DNA of 64,000 nucleotides, taken from Octopus sinensis. Lineage: Eukaryota. The notes below the pieces were generated by a model. The model did not search any database and was not told the DNA's origin. It saw only the letters and a program-made list of their open reading frames with translations. Position numbers and translations under genes: made by a program. The stretch covers positions 4,402,001 to 4,466,000 of the forward strand of contig NC_043011.1 in assembly GCF_006345805.1 (NCBI RefSeq). The letters run 5' to 3'. Of the stretch, positions 12,926 to 24,633 are shown in pieces (position 1 is the first letter of the stretch; every line of letters begins with the position of its first letter).

Positions 12926-13330
12926 TAGGCGCAGGAGTGGCTGTGTGGTAAGTAGCTTGCTAACCAACCACATGGTTTCGGGTTCAGTCCCACTGCGTGG
13001 CACCTTGGGCAAGTGTCTTCTATTATAGCCTTGGGCCGACCAAAGCCTTGTGAGTGGATTTGGTAGACGGAAACTGAAAGAAGCCCGTCATGTATATGTA
13101 TATATATATATATGTTGTGTGTCTGTGTTTGTCCCCCTAGCATTGCTTGACAACCGATGCTGGTGTGTTTATGACCCCGTCACTTAGCAGTTTGGCAAAA
13201 GAGACCAATAGAATAAGTACTGGGCTTATAAAAAGAATAAGTCCTGGGGTCGAGTTGCTCGACTAAAGGCGGTGCTCCAGCATGGCTGCAGTCAACTGAC
13301 TGAAACAAGTAAAAGAGTAAACAAAAAGAA
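12926..13330 (+). mobile_element. SINE family A, full length
   Basis: Same architecture as the other family A copies. Confidence 0.92.
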
Positions 13331-13751
13331 AGAAAGAAAGAAAAATTTGCAAGAGTACGATGCCTCCTGGTGAGAATGGACTGGATCACTACTTATAAAT
13401 AGTAGCGATCTGAGTGAGATAGTTTGTGCTAGTTCCACCGTTCATGTGTTTATAGTTCAAAGCTGGAGTGCAAAGTTTACAGTTCGAGTTAGCATGTTGG
13501 ATTACTGGTTCTTAAAAAATTGTTGCTATGTTCCTTGTGGTTGCTGCTGTTTGTTTCAGTTATATTGTTCTTACACTGTTGCAGTGTATTTGTTTATCCA
13601 TAAGGATATCACATGAATGAGAAGATTTGCCTGACGAGAAGCTGGCTGGAGCTTATTGCTCATTTCCAGTCTAAGGAGTCTGTCACCTCAGACAAAGTCA
13701 GCTGTTATTGTGGCAAGTGAATAAATTCTCAAAGTCTTGCAAACATAGCAT

Positions 13752-13983
13752 TATTTTTAGCTACCCACAAGGGGCTAAACACAGAGGGGACAAACAAGGA
13801 CAGACAAACGGATTAAGTCGATTACATCAACCCAGTGCATAACTGGTACTTAATTTATCGACCCTGAAAGGATGAAAGGCAAAGTCGACCTTGGCGGAAT
13901 TTGAACTCAGAATGTAACGGCAGACGAAATACGGCTACGCATTTCGCCCGGCGTGATAACGTTTCTGCCAGCTCGCCACCTTA
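13752..13983 (-). mobile_element. SINE family G (~235 bp; head GGCGAGCTGGCAGAAACGTTAGC, B box GAGTTCAAATTCC)
   Basis: Flanked by an imperfect 15-bp TSD: ttgcaaacatagcat (13737-13751) and ttgcaagtatagcat (13984-13998). Confidence 0.88.
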
Positions 13984-14239
13984 TTGCAAGTATAGCATGA
14001 GGTGTCATGCTAGATATACGGAGGATAATGCAATGATCAAATGAACCATTGAAAACTGTTGTGATGACCAGTTTATCCTAGAACCTGTGAGATTGTCTCA
14101 GTTGGATGGGAAAGGACTTTAACTTGCATTTCTTTAAGATGAGTTATTTCTTATGGAATGCTATTGTGGCAAGGACATTACTGAAAACAGTTCCTTACCT
14201 CATTACTGCATGTAGCACAGTAACAAAAACAGAACAGGG

Positions 14240-14604
14240 CAAAAACGACGACGCCGTGGTGATCTCATTCTTGCTCACAACATCATAAGCGGAGGGTGTA
14301 ACCTCTCGAAAGAGCTGTTCTTCACTCCTGCTCCAGAGCGTCGGCTGCAGGGTCATTCCGAAAAGCTCTATCTGTGACAATTTCATCTCAATTGAAGGAG
14401 AGGGGCTTTCTCCGTCCGGCTTGTGGATCCGTGGAATAAGCTGCCAGACGAGATGGTGAAGATGCCGACGACCACTCGGTTCAAAGTCTCCCTTGACCAC
14501 AAGTGGCCTGAACTCTTTACACGAACACCCTCCCTGTACATAACTCCATGTCCCCCTACATGGCCTTGCTTTTTGCTTTTTGAGCCAAAAAATTAACTAA
14601 CTAA
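14240..14604 (+). mobile_element. CR1-clade LINE 3' end with (TAAC)n tail
   Basis: RRLQGHSEKLYL...AFSVRLVDPWNKLPDEMVKMPT..FKVSLD; homologous to 21698-22045. Confidence 0.85.
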
Positions 14605-15010
14605 GGAGTGGCTGTGTGGTAAGTAGCTTGCTAACCAGCCACATGGTTCCGGGTTCAGTCCCACTGCATGGCATCTTGGACAAGTGTCTTCTGCTATAGC
14701 CCCGGGCCGACCAAAGCCTTGTGAGTGGATTTGGTAGACGGAAACTGAAAGAAGCCTGTCGTATATATGTATATATATATATGTATGTGTGCGTGTTTGT
14801 GTGTCTGTGTTTGTCCCCCAAGCATTGCTTGACAACCGATGCTGGTGTGTTTACATCCCCGTCACTTAGCGGGACAGCAAAAAGAGACCGATAGAATAAG
14901 TACTGGGCTTACAAAGAATAAATCCCGGGGTCGATTTGATCAACTAAAGGCGGTGCTCCAGCATGGCCACAGTCAAATGACTGAAACAAGTAAAAGAAAA
15001 AAAAAGAAAA
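14605..15010 (+). mobile_element. SINE family A, abutting the tail of a CR1-like fragment
   Basis: Starts GGAGTGGCTGTGTGG directly after (TAAC)n. Confidence 0.9.
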
Positions 15011-15935
15011 ACATAATGCCATAAGCTTCAACCCACAACATTCAAAAATTATGAATCTGTGTCCCATAACCCCACATGCAACAATTAATGAAATCAGCAA
15101 ACTATTGAATGAGACCCCAAAAAACACACCCCTGTCTGTGTTTCTCTGTCAATGACTCTCAATAGAAAGGGAAAACACCTTATGTAATGAGGTGTATACA
15201 ACTTATATAATATTTACTGGGGGGGGGGACATTGTTTTCAAATATTTTATTTCTTTTCTCTTGATATAAATTATGTTGTCAGTAAATAAGTGTCAGGAAT
15301 AAATTAATAGTGTTTCTAAGATATATGACTTAATTGCTCAATCTATTGAACTCAGGAGAATGTAGAACTACTAAAGTGAAAAAATAATTGATTAATTCTT
15401 AAATAGACTTGGAACTTTTTATTTTAAATAGGAAGAAATGAGACGTGATGATAATATCTTTGTAAAAGACACTGTAGTTTGTTTTTAATAGTTTGATCTG
15501 AAGGAAGGGACAATGCCCGTAACCTTTTTTTAAGCTCTTCAAGACAGTTAAAGTTAATGAGGTTGATGTTCATCTTGAATTACTCATTGCAAGCCGACAT
15601 CTGCAGGTGAAACAGTAGTAAGGAGAGAACTTCAGAGGATTGATGTTCTGAGAAGAAAACCTTGAGTGCCATAGTTTATACAAGGCTTGGAGAACCACAA
15701 TATATGGTTGATGAAGATGAGAAATGAAGAGACAAGTGAGTTGAGTGGGCTTAGCTGGAGGTGATATGGGACCAACCAGTGTCACTGTAGTAACAATATT
15801 AAAAGCAGAGCAAGGTAACTCCACACCTGTGCTTGGAGTACGCTGGTAGTAGTTGTGGCAATAGCAGCCACAAGCCTTTTCAATGTCAACGGCTTTTGGA
15901 AATGACACCATATCACACCATATCACTGGAATTAT

Positions 15936-16285
15936 GTGAAGGCGCGTGGCTCAGTGGTTAGAGCATCGAGCTTACGATCGTGAGGTTGTGAGCTCGGATC
16001 CCAGACCGGGCTGCGTGTTGTGTTCTTGAGCAAGACACTTTATTTCACGTTGCTCCAGTTCACTCAGCTGTAGAAATGAGTTGCGACGTCACAGGTGCCA
16101 AGCTGTATTGGCCCTTGCCTTTCCCTTGGACAACATCGGTGACGTGGAGAGGGGAGGCCGGTATGCATGGGTGACTGCTGGTCTTCCATAAAAACAACCT
16201 TGCCCAGACTTGTGCCTCAGAGGGTAACTCTCTAGGTGCAAACCCATGGTCAGTGTCTGACCGAAGGGGGTCACCATCACCACCA
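15936..16285 (+). mobile_element. SINE family F (tRNA head GGCGCGTGGCTCAGTGGTTAG + CORE-like TTGAGCAAGACACTTT)
   Basis: Homologous to 25972-26317 and 42735-43078. Confidence 0.88.
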
Positions 16286-16959
16286 TATATTCAGTGTATG
16301 ATAGTTGTCTTATTCTACACCTACTGGTTGCTGGCTTTTTAGCCCTAGGTCAACCTTGATTAAGCAAGCATATAAATAGTCAAACCGACTGAAAAATGTA
16401 ACTTACCGATCCATATATCCACATATTCCATGCCTTGCTGATGGCCATATTGCACATTCTGATGGGCAGTGTTTGGTTATTTTTGATGCAGTGCTGCAGC
16501 CTGGACAGGATGGATTTTCATGTTTCTGAATGGCTGCTGTTTCTACAACCAAAGGTACTTCAGCCTGGACCACCCCATTTTTTCACATATCCATGACTAC
16601 ATTGTTCAATGAATCTTTGTGCTTTTAAAGTAGCAGGGTTAGAGAGTAATTTGGTTGCTATTTCTAGCATTTTGAACAACCTTATAGAGGCTTCTTCATT
16701 AGCATGTCTGTATATCTGTAGATTCCAATGGCAGTCAGAATGAAATTGGTCAAAGGGAACTCAGTTCATATGTGATTGCTGCTCAGAGACCTTTATGAAG
16801 TCACTCAATTTGCTAGAAATAATAACCCAGATCTCCTTCAAATTTCACACTATTGTCTTAGTTGGCCACTTCTATTTTATATGTATATCATGCATTATTT
16901 ATTTTCAGTTTTCCTTATGATATCAACAGACTTGTTTTCCTATCTTACAGTATGTCTGT

Positions 16960-17235
16960 GTCATCATCATCATCATCATCATCATCGTTTAACGTCCACT
17001 TTCCATGCTAGCATGGGTTGGACGGTTCAACCGGGGTCTGGGAAGCCAGAAGGCTGCACCAGGCTCCAGTCTGATCTGGCAGTGTTTCTACAGCTGGATG
17101 CCCTTCCTAACACCAACCACTCCGTGAGTGTAGTGGGTGCTTTTTACGTGCCACCGGCACAGGTGCCAGGGCAGGCTGGCATCGTCCATGATCGGTTGGT
17201 GCTTTTTACGTGCCACCGGCACAGAAGCCAGTCAT
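16960..17235 (-). mobile_element. 3' UTR fragment of the same RTE family
   Basis: Reverse complement of about 62600-62850 with a (CAT)n tail. Confidence 0.85.
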
Positions 17236-17343
17236 GTGTTTAAATTTTGTCCTGGTCATATATGTTGTGAGCACTTCTAGTAAACTATTCAAATATTGCT
17301 ATCCATTTTACACTGTGTACACTAAATGGTATATAAAGATGAG

Positions 17344-17581
17344 GTATATAAGGCGGCGAGCTGGCAGAAACGTTAGCACACTGGGCGAAATGCTTACCGG
17401 TATTTCGTCTGCGTTACGTTGTGAGTTCAAATTCCGCCGAGGTCGACTTTGCCTTTCATCCTTTTGGGGTCGATAAATTAAGTACCAGTTACGCACTGGA
17501 GTCGATGTAATCGACTTAATACCTATGTCTGTCCTTGTTTGTCCCCTCTGTGTTTAGCCCCTTGTGGGTAATAAAGAAATA
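17344..17581 (+). mobile_element. SINE family G
   Basis: Perfect 16-bp TSD ggtatataaagatgag at 17328-17343 and 17582-17597. Confidence 0.92.
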
Positions 17582-17801
17582 GGTATATAAAGATGAGAAA
17601 TTTAAAAATCTGTTCAAATTTTTAACCTGATAGTTTGAATTCCATATTTTCTGTACTGCAGTACTATAGTTTTACTGTCACCGTAGAGCCTGTCCAAATG
17701 TATCTCACCACTGCATCCATCATCTAAGCAGCTGTAAAATACCTTTACTATCTTAACCTCATTTCCATAATGGCTTATTTAATGCAGTGTGGAATGTTAC
17801 T

Positions 17802-18186
17802 ATAGGCGCAGGAGTGGCTGTGTGGTAAGTAGCTTGTTAACCAACCACATGGTTCCGGGTTCAGTCCCACTGCGTGGCATCTTGGGCAAGTGTCTTCTGC
17901 TATAGCCCCTGGCCGACCAATGCCTTGTGAGTGGATTTGGTAGACGGAAACTGAAAGAAGCCTGTCGTATATATGTATATATATATGTATATGTGTGTCT
18001 GTGTTTGTCCCCCTAGCATTGCTTGACAACCAATGCTGGTGTGTTTACATACCCGTAACTTAGCGGTTCGGCAAAAAGAGACTAATAGAATAAGTCCTGG
18101 GGTCGATTTGCTCGACTACAGGTGGTGCTCCAGCATGGCTGCAGTCAAATGACTGAAACAAGTAAAAGAGTAAAAGAGTAAAGAGT
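17802..18186 (+). mobile_element. SINE family A
   Basis: Full head to AAAAGAGT tail. Confidence 0.92.
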
Positions 18187-18550
18187 ATAGTGACAATGTT
18201 ACTTAAAGGGAAATGGTGCTTGAGTAATGTAACGTAAATATTTTAACAGCCACAAATAGTCATATATTTCTTGTTATGTAATCAACATTTAACAAGGATG
18301 GAGGAGAAAAACCCCATAATAATTGTGGGATGGTGTTGTCCTTCAGGATATATGTTGGCCAAAATGATTCAATAAAGAAGAATAAAATAACTGATAGCAG
18401 GAAAGGATTGTGGCTGCCTTACAATGTTCACAAGCAATGTTAAACCTCATTCCAATGTAATGACCATGTAGTTTTTACACTCTGTGCTATGCAATAATAA
18501 TTGCCACAGCTTCAGAATAAACATTTAAACAAACTGATCATATGTTTGTT

Positions 18551-18957
18551 ACTCTTTATTCTCTCTCTCTCTTTTACTTGTTTCAGTCATTTGACTGCGG
18601 CCATGCTGGAGCACCACCTTTAATCAAGCAACTCGACCCCGGGACTTATTCTTTGCAAGCCCAGTACTTATTCTATCGGTCTCTTTTGCCGAACCGCTAA
18701 GTGACGGGGACATAAACACACCAGCATCGGTTGTCAAGCAATACTAAGGGGGACAGACACAGACACACACGCACATATATATATACATATATACAACGGG
18801 CTTCTTTCAGTTTCTGTCTACCAAATCCACTCACAAGGCTTTGGTCAGCCCGAGGCTATAGTAGAAGACACTTGCCCAAGGTGTCACGCAGTGGGACTGA
18901 ACCCGGAACCATGTGGTTGGTAAACAAGCTACTTACCACACAGCCACTCCTGCGCCC
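18551..18957 (-). mobile_element. SINE family A
   Basis: Reverse-complement full-length copy, inverted relative to 17802-18186. Confidence 0.92.
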
Positions 18958-19616
18958 AATGGTTAATAGCTTAAATTATTTCATATATTGTCTGTTCATA
19001 TTGTAATATTACAATATGGACAGAACAAACAGACTAGAGAAAAATATTCCACAAGACATTACAATTCAGGCATTCTTGAAGACATGAAGTTGACACAGAT
19101 GTTCTTTATCTCATATCCATGAATAGAAAGCATTTTGAAGTTCTAGCATAAAATTACGAGGAAAAATCTTCGGTCATTCCTGTTCTTTATGAGTTTTGTG
19201 ACTGTCAGAAACACCACCTCCATTTTAATATTTTTGATTTTATAGAACAAATAAACTTTTTTTTTTTATATCAAATTTCTAATGTATGTAGTTAATTGTT
19301 TTAAGATTTCTCTAAAATGTATCCTGTTTTAGTTTTTTTATTGTGTGTGATTCAGATGATATTTTCAACAAAATATGATACAATTCAAAATATGTTCATG
19401 ATGTGATTGTTCTTTACAGTTAAACATGTCATGTTTAGGCAGTGGCTTACATTTGGAAATTGAGAAAATTAAACTTTGAAGGATGTTGTTAATATATAGT
19501 GATTAGAAAATGGATCTGACGTAAACAGATATCATGTATACACACAGATGTCTACATTTATGTCTGTATGTGTTAGTGTACATATGTGTGTGTATGTGTG
19601 CGTGTATGTGTGTGTG

Positions 19617-19661
<45 letters not shown>

Positions 19662-19748
19662 CTTTATTTAAAAGCAGCAGAAAATTCAACAAAACCTGTT
19701 ACTCAGAGTAACAGGTTATGTTGAATTTTCTGCTGCTTTTAAATAAAG
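19662..19748. repeat. 43-bp-arm palindrome (42/43 match, 1-nt centre), part of a Penelope-type terminal-repeat fragment ending ~19805
   Basis: Arms 19662-19704 and 19706-19748; the downstream sequence matches 24340-24412. Confidence 0.95.
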
Positions 19749-19804
19749 CATATTACTCTACCACTGGTATTTGAGTACTCTTTTTTCCATCTTGTTTACT
19801 CCGG

Positions 19805-19842
<38 letters not shown>

Positions 19843-20254
19843 TACATACATACACATACACACACACTTTATAAGATAATTATGCTCTACAGCTATCATT
19901 TAAATTGCTACATAATCAACACACATAATTTATTGATTATGTATGTATTTTCTTGCTGTTTTTTGAGGAATATGGATTTACTAGTAGGAGAGGATTCCCA
20001 GTCCCCTCGCTCCTGGCCCTTCTAGTGGCCTCTTACGCCATGCAGGGAATACACCAACTGCATTCTACTGATCACCCCCTCCCCTCCCCACCAGTCACAG
20101 TGGGGTTTGACAGTTAACCTGTAGCTGGGGCCCTTACAGATGCTACCACTCCAGGCCAGAGTGGACCTGGGAGCAATAGTAGCTAAGATGTGGTTTCACA
20201 CTCCTCAGACCCTGAAACCAGGGCCCCAGGTTCCAACTAACAGATGTAGTTTAT

Positions 20255-20475
20255 CCCTTTAGCATTTAAACTGGTCGTATCCGGCCAAAAGGATTCTGCC
20301 TGTTTTATGTTCAAACTGGCCATATCTGGTCTCTCACACCAACCCTACAATATTGTTTTAAAAATTAGCAGTTTCCTCATCAAAATCTCATAGCTACAAG
20401 ATAATGCATGATTAGTTCAAAACAATGTGGATAAAAAAGCATTAATTTTGGCAGAATAATGTGAACACTAAAGGG
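20255..20475. mobile_element. piggyBac-type MITE (221 bp)
   Basis: Termini CCCTTTAG...CTAAAGGG with TTAT/TTAA flanks; a second copy lies inverted at 43730-44186. Confidence 0.75.
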
Positions 20476-20499
20476 TTAAAGTCATACCTGAGACAGGTG

Positions 20500-20750
20500 G
20501 TTAGAGGTGTTGGAGTGAGAGAGGCAAGAGTGTTTCTAAATGATAGGAAACTTGGAGAGTGTTTATGGACGGATGAGTGAATTTGATGTTGTTCAAGGGT
20601 TACAGAACCAGCATGATGCGGCGGGAGTAAATCAGCATATGCTGTTGGGCCCCGCTACTGATATTCTATGCCTTGACCTGAACATAGAATGGAGCTTGCC
20701 TCTTTGAGCTGGGAAATGAATGGAATGCCTGGTGTGTGTCTTGTTGTGGC
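20500..20750 (-). mobile_element. CR1/Jockey-group LINE, degenerate post-RT fragment
   Basis: Weak match to LYKAQIRPxMEYCSxxWxGAPQHxLxLLDRIQ. Confidence 0.4.
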
Positions 20751-20861
20751 TACCCACTTCTAAAAGATGGGGAATAGGCCTGGGTATATAAAAAAAATAT
20801 GTAATTTATTTATGTTACTCACTTCCTTATGAGGAAACAAATCAAAAGTGGGGAAAATTAA

Positions 20862-21262
20862 CAGGAGTGGCTGTGTAGTAAGTAGCTTGCTAACCAACCA
20901 CATGGTTCCGGGTTCAGTCCCACTGCGTGGCATCGTGGGCAAGTGTCTTCTGCTATAGCCCCGGGCCGACCAAAGCCTTGTGAGTGGATTTGGTAGACAG
21001 AAACTGAAAGAAGCCTGTCGTATATATGTATATATATATATATATATGTGTGTGTACATGTTTGTGTATCTGTGTTTGTCCCCCTAGCATTGCTTGACAA
21101 CCGATGCTGGTGTGTTTATGTCCCCATCACTTAGCGGTTCGGCAAAAGAGACCGATAGAATAAGTACTGGGCTTACAAAGAATAAGTCCCAGGGTCGATT
21201 TGCTCGTATAAAGGCGGTGCTCCAGCATGGCCGCAGTCAAATGACTGAATCGAGTAAAAGAG
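20862..21262 (+). mobile_element. SINE family A
   Basis: Full-length architecture. Confidence 0.9.
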
Positions 21263-21697
21263 TATATTTGCCAATTTTGTGTCTACATGCAAATTTCTTC
21301 TTCCTTGTAATAATGTATTGGAGTTTAATGATGTGTTATGTGTTGAGCTCTTAAATACTGTGAATATAATTTATGGCGTTTTTACATCAATTCACTATAC
21401 AGGTAAACAGTAGGCAGAGAGTTATACATACAGGTGTATAGATACAAATAGTTTTCTGGGGAATCTTCTAAACATTTGAAAGAATATATTTCACATGTTC
21501 TTTCACAGTTAACTACTCTCGTGTTTTCGGCAGGTATCTGTATTTCTCTCCTGCATACCAAGTATGGCCACTTTTGCAATGGCAGTAGGGTCCCATCTTC
21601 TGTCCTGCTCACTAAAACTTTAGTCTTTACTAGATTTATATGTAATCTCTTCTGTCTTTCACTTCAATGTTTAGAATTTTCTTTCTAAATCTTTTAC

Positions 21698-22045
21698 CTT
21701 AGTTAGTTAGTTAGTTAATTTTTTGGCTCAAAAAGCAAAAAGCAAGGCCATGTAGGGGGACATGGAGTTATGTACAGGGTGGTGTTTATGTAAAGAGTTC
21801 AGGCCACTTGAGGTCAAGGGAGACTTTGAACTGAGCGGTCGTCGGCATCTTCACCATCTCGTCCGACAGCTTATTCCACGGATGCGCAACCCGGATGGAG
21901 AAAGCCCCTCTCCTTCGATTGAGATGAAATCGTCGCAGATAGAGCTTTTCGGAATGACCCCGCAGCCGACGCTCTGGAGCAGGAGTGAAGAACAGCTCTT
22001 TTGAGAGGTTACACTTTCCGCTTATGATGTTCTGCTATGAGATCT
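21698..22045 (-). mobile_element. CR1-clade LINE 3' end with (TAAC)n tail
   Basis: Reverse-complement copy that retains CGA codons where the 14.3-kb copy has TGA. Confidence 0.85.
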
Positions 22046-22159
22046 AGATCACTGACTTACCTGGACAACCGATCTTAAAATATTCTGCTGAGAAAATACA
22101 ATAAAGAGAAGTCAGTTAAGAACTGAAACCATTTGGATGCCAACCTCCAGGCTAGATTT

Positions 22160-22231
22160 GTCTGGGAATCGAAACCGCGATCCTACGACCGCGAGTCCGC
22201 TGCCCTAACCACTGGGCCATTGCGCCTCCAC
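22160..22231 (-). mobile_element. SINE family E, head only
   Basis: tRNA-like head identical to other family E copies. Confidence 0.8.
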
Positions 22232-22485
22232 TAGCACATCTGTATATGGCTTGTCAAATGTCAACTATTTATCTCTAGTTTTCTTAGTGAGTGGCATTTT
22301 GTCAAAGACTTTCTTCAGGTGGATTAGGTACAGTGGTTTACAAAGTTGTTTCGCTAGGAAGAATTCTTTGGTGGTACACCATGGCATAGACATAAACTCT
22401 AACTGCATGGCAAATAGCTTTGATAACTTTTGTTACTTGAGTGACCTAGTTAGCATTAGAGATGGTTGTTCTCAAAATATGATAT

Positions 22486-22710
22486 CTCTCTTTTACTCTC
22501 TTTTACTTGTTTCAGTCATTTGACTGCGGCCATGCTGGAGCACCGCCTTTAGTCGAGCAACTCGACCCCGGGACTTATTATTTGTAAGCCCAGTACTTAT
22601 TCTATCGGTCTCTTTTGCCGAACCACTAAGTTACGGGGACGTAAACGCACCAGCATTGGTTGTCAAGCAATGCTAGGGGGACAAACACAGACACACAAAC
22701 ACACACACGC

Positions 22711-22745
<35 letters not shown>

Positions 22746-22912
22746 TACGACGGGCTTCTTTCAGTTTCCATCTACCAAATCCACTCACAAGGCATTGGTC
22801 GGCCCGGGGCTATAGCAGAAGACACTTGCCCAAGATGCCATGCAGTGGGACTGAACCCGGAACCATGTGGCTGGTTAGCAAGCTACTTACCACACAGCCA
22901 CTCCTGCGCCTA
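22486..22912 (-). mobile_element. SINE family A
   Basis: Reverse-complement full-length copy. Confidence 0.92.
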
Positions 22913-23476
22913 TACTGAGTATTCCAGATAGATATAGAGTTTTGTATTCTTTTATGCTGAGTAAATCTTGCGTCGTTGTTAGAGTCAGGTTGAGGTTTCT
23001 TGGTTCTAGACTTTCTGGCCACATTTGAGATATCTTCTCTAAATCATTGTTAGACTCATCTTTGAAAATTAGTTCCTCGGTGTTCAGAGGTTCCTGCAGT
23101 CAGCCAATCTTAGAAACCTAATTTAGCCTGGAGAAGCTATAACAAATAAGAAGAGGCTAAAAATTGAAGCCTGATGGATATCTATTTGCATCTAAACCCC
23201 ATACTGATCTCATTGCTGACCCCCCACTCACTTTGCTGACATGACTCAGAAATCTTTAACCTACCTCTAGTTTTCTAAGCAGTCATCAGATTACAAAGCA
23301 TGGAACACAGTCAACAATTACAGATGAACCACTCAACCATGCAAAGCATGTTCAAACTTTTGCACAAACATTTGCACACTTACACACACCACTCTTTCGA
23401 TATCGGTTCATAGGACAGCACTCCTAAGGGCTAAAAACGTTTTTCCTTTTCTCCACTTCTGTTTTCTTTCTTCTTC

Positions 23477-23511
<35 letters not shown>

Positions 23512-23688
23512 CTATCTCCTTTCACACAGGACATCAAAGACATTTTTTCCCTATCATTCAAACATTAAACTAACACCTTATATAGATACACACACACATA
23601 TTTTCAAAGTTTTTGTAGTATTAGTAGAAAGCGCTACCTCTCCACTCTTCTCTTTCTCCCCCTCTCTCTCCCTCATGCATATATATAA

Positions 23689-23736
<48 letters not shown>

Positions 23737-23987
23737 TATATTTGTAAGTATATATATACATGTTAAATATATATATACATTTTTTTTATTTACATATATT
23801 TTACACACACACATATACATATATGTTTTATGTATATATATATACATACAGAGATGTACTTGCATAGCAAGTAATTTGATCTGAGATCGTGTGCTGAAAC
23901 GAAAACAATTGCAGCGTGGAAGGTGTTTATAAGCCATTTAAGAAACACACAAAAGCCGTTCGATTCACTTCAACATTTAAGTTTAAA

Positions 23988-24035
23988 TTGTCAAAATATT
24001 TTCGTCGCTAAAATCCGCGACCTGTTCACTGACAA
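23988..24035 (-). ncRNA. Minimal type I hammerhead-like ribozyme with a G3:C8 core swap, inside a ~195-bp unit flanked by (TA)n
   Basis: Minus strand: TTGTCA-GTGAACA-G-GTCGC-GGATTTTA-GCGAC-GAA-AATATT-T-TGACAA. Helix I is 6 bp and perfect, helix II is 5 bp, helix III is palindromic. Activity is untested. Confidence 0.65.
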
Positions 24036-24137
24036 AGTCCGTGCTGCATATATACATACATATATATACATATATTTTATGTATATATGTGCATATACAT
24101 ATATACACACATACACATATATATGTATACATACATG

Positions 24138-24170
<33 letters not shown>

Positions 24171-24171
<1 letters not shown>

Positions 24172-24339
24172 TTTATTTAAAGCAACAGAAAATTCAACAA
24201 AACCTGTTATTCTGAGTTTCACGTTGCCGTTCATCGGACAGTTTTTGCTAGTTCCAATCTAGCAAAAACTGTCCGATGAACGGGAACGTGAAACTCAGAG
24301 TAACAGGTTTTGTTGAATTTTCTGCTGCTTTAAATAAAG
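24171..24339. repeat. 81-bp-arm palindrome (78/81 match, 7-nt loop)
   Basis: Arms 24171-24251 and 24259-24339; loop ttccaat. Confidence 0.97.
24269..24306 (+). ncRNA. Minimal type I hammerhead-like ribozyme (core CCGAUGA, U4C variant)
   Basis: CTGT-CCGATGA-ACG-GGAA-CGT-GAA-ACTCAGAGT-A-ACAG, predicted cleavage after GUA (24302). An antisense copy lies in the left arm of the palindrome. Confidence 0.7.
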
Positions 24340-24410
24340 CATATTACTCTACCACTGGTATTTGAGTACTCTTTTTTTCACCTTGTTTCACATTTATGTG
24401 TTTACTCCGG

Positions 24411-24449
<39 letters not shown>

Positions 24450-24597
24450 TCATATAATTTAGAGAAAAACTTCTATTAAGCAATTCAATAATGAAAGATG
24501 TTATTCACACCATATAGAAAACATATACTATAAAAACCTTAATCTAAAAATCAATAAGTACAATGAATAGTAAATAGTAGTAAAAATACTACACGTG

Positions 24598-24633
<36 letters not shown>

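Noticed and set aside
13335-13740. Possible solo LTR near the Gypsy fragment (TATAAATA, AATAAA)
   Set aside because: No second copy, no clear TG...CA ends, no PBS/PPT and no TSD.
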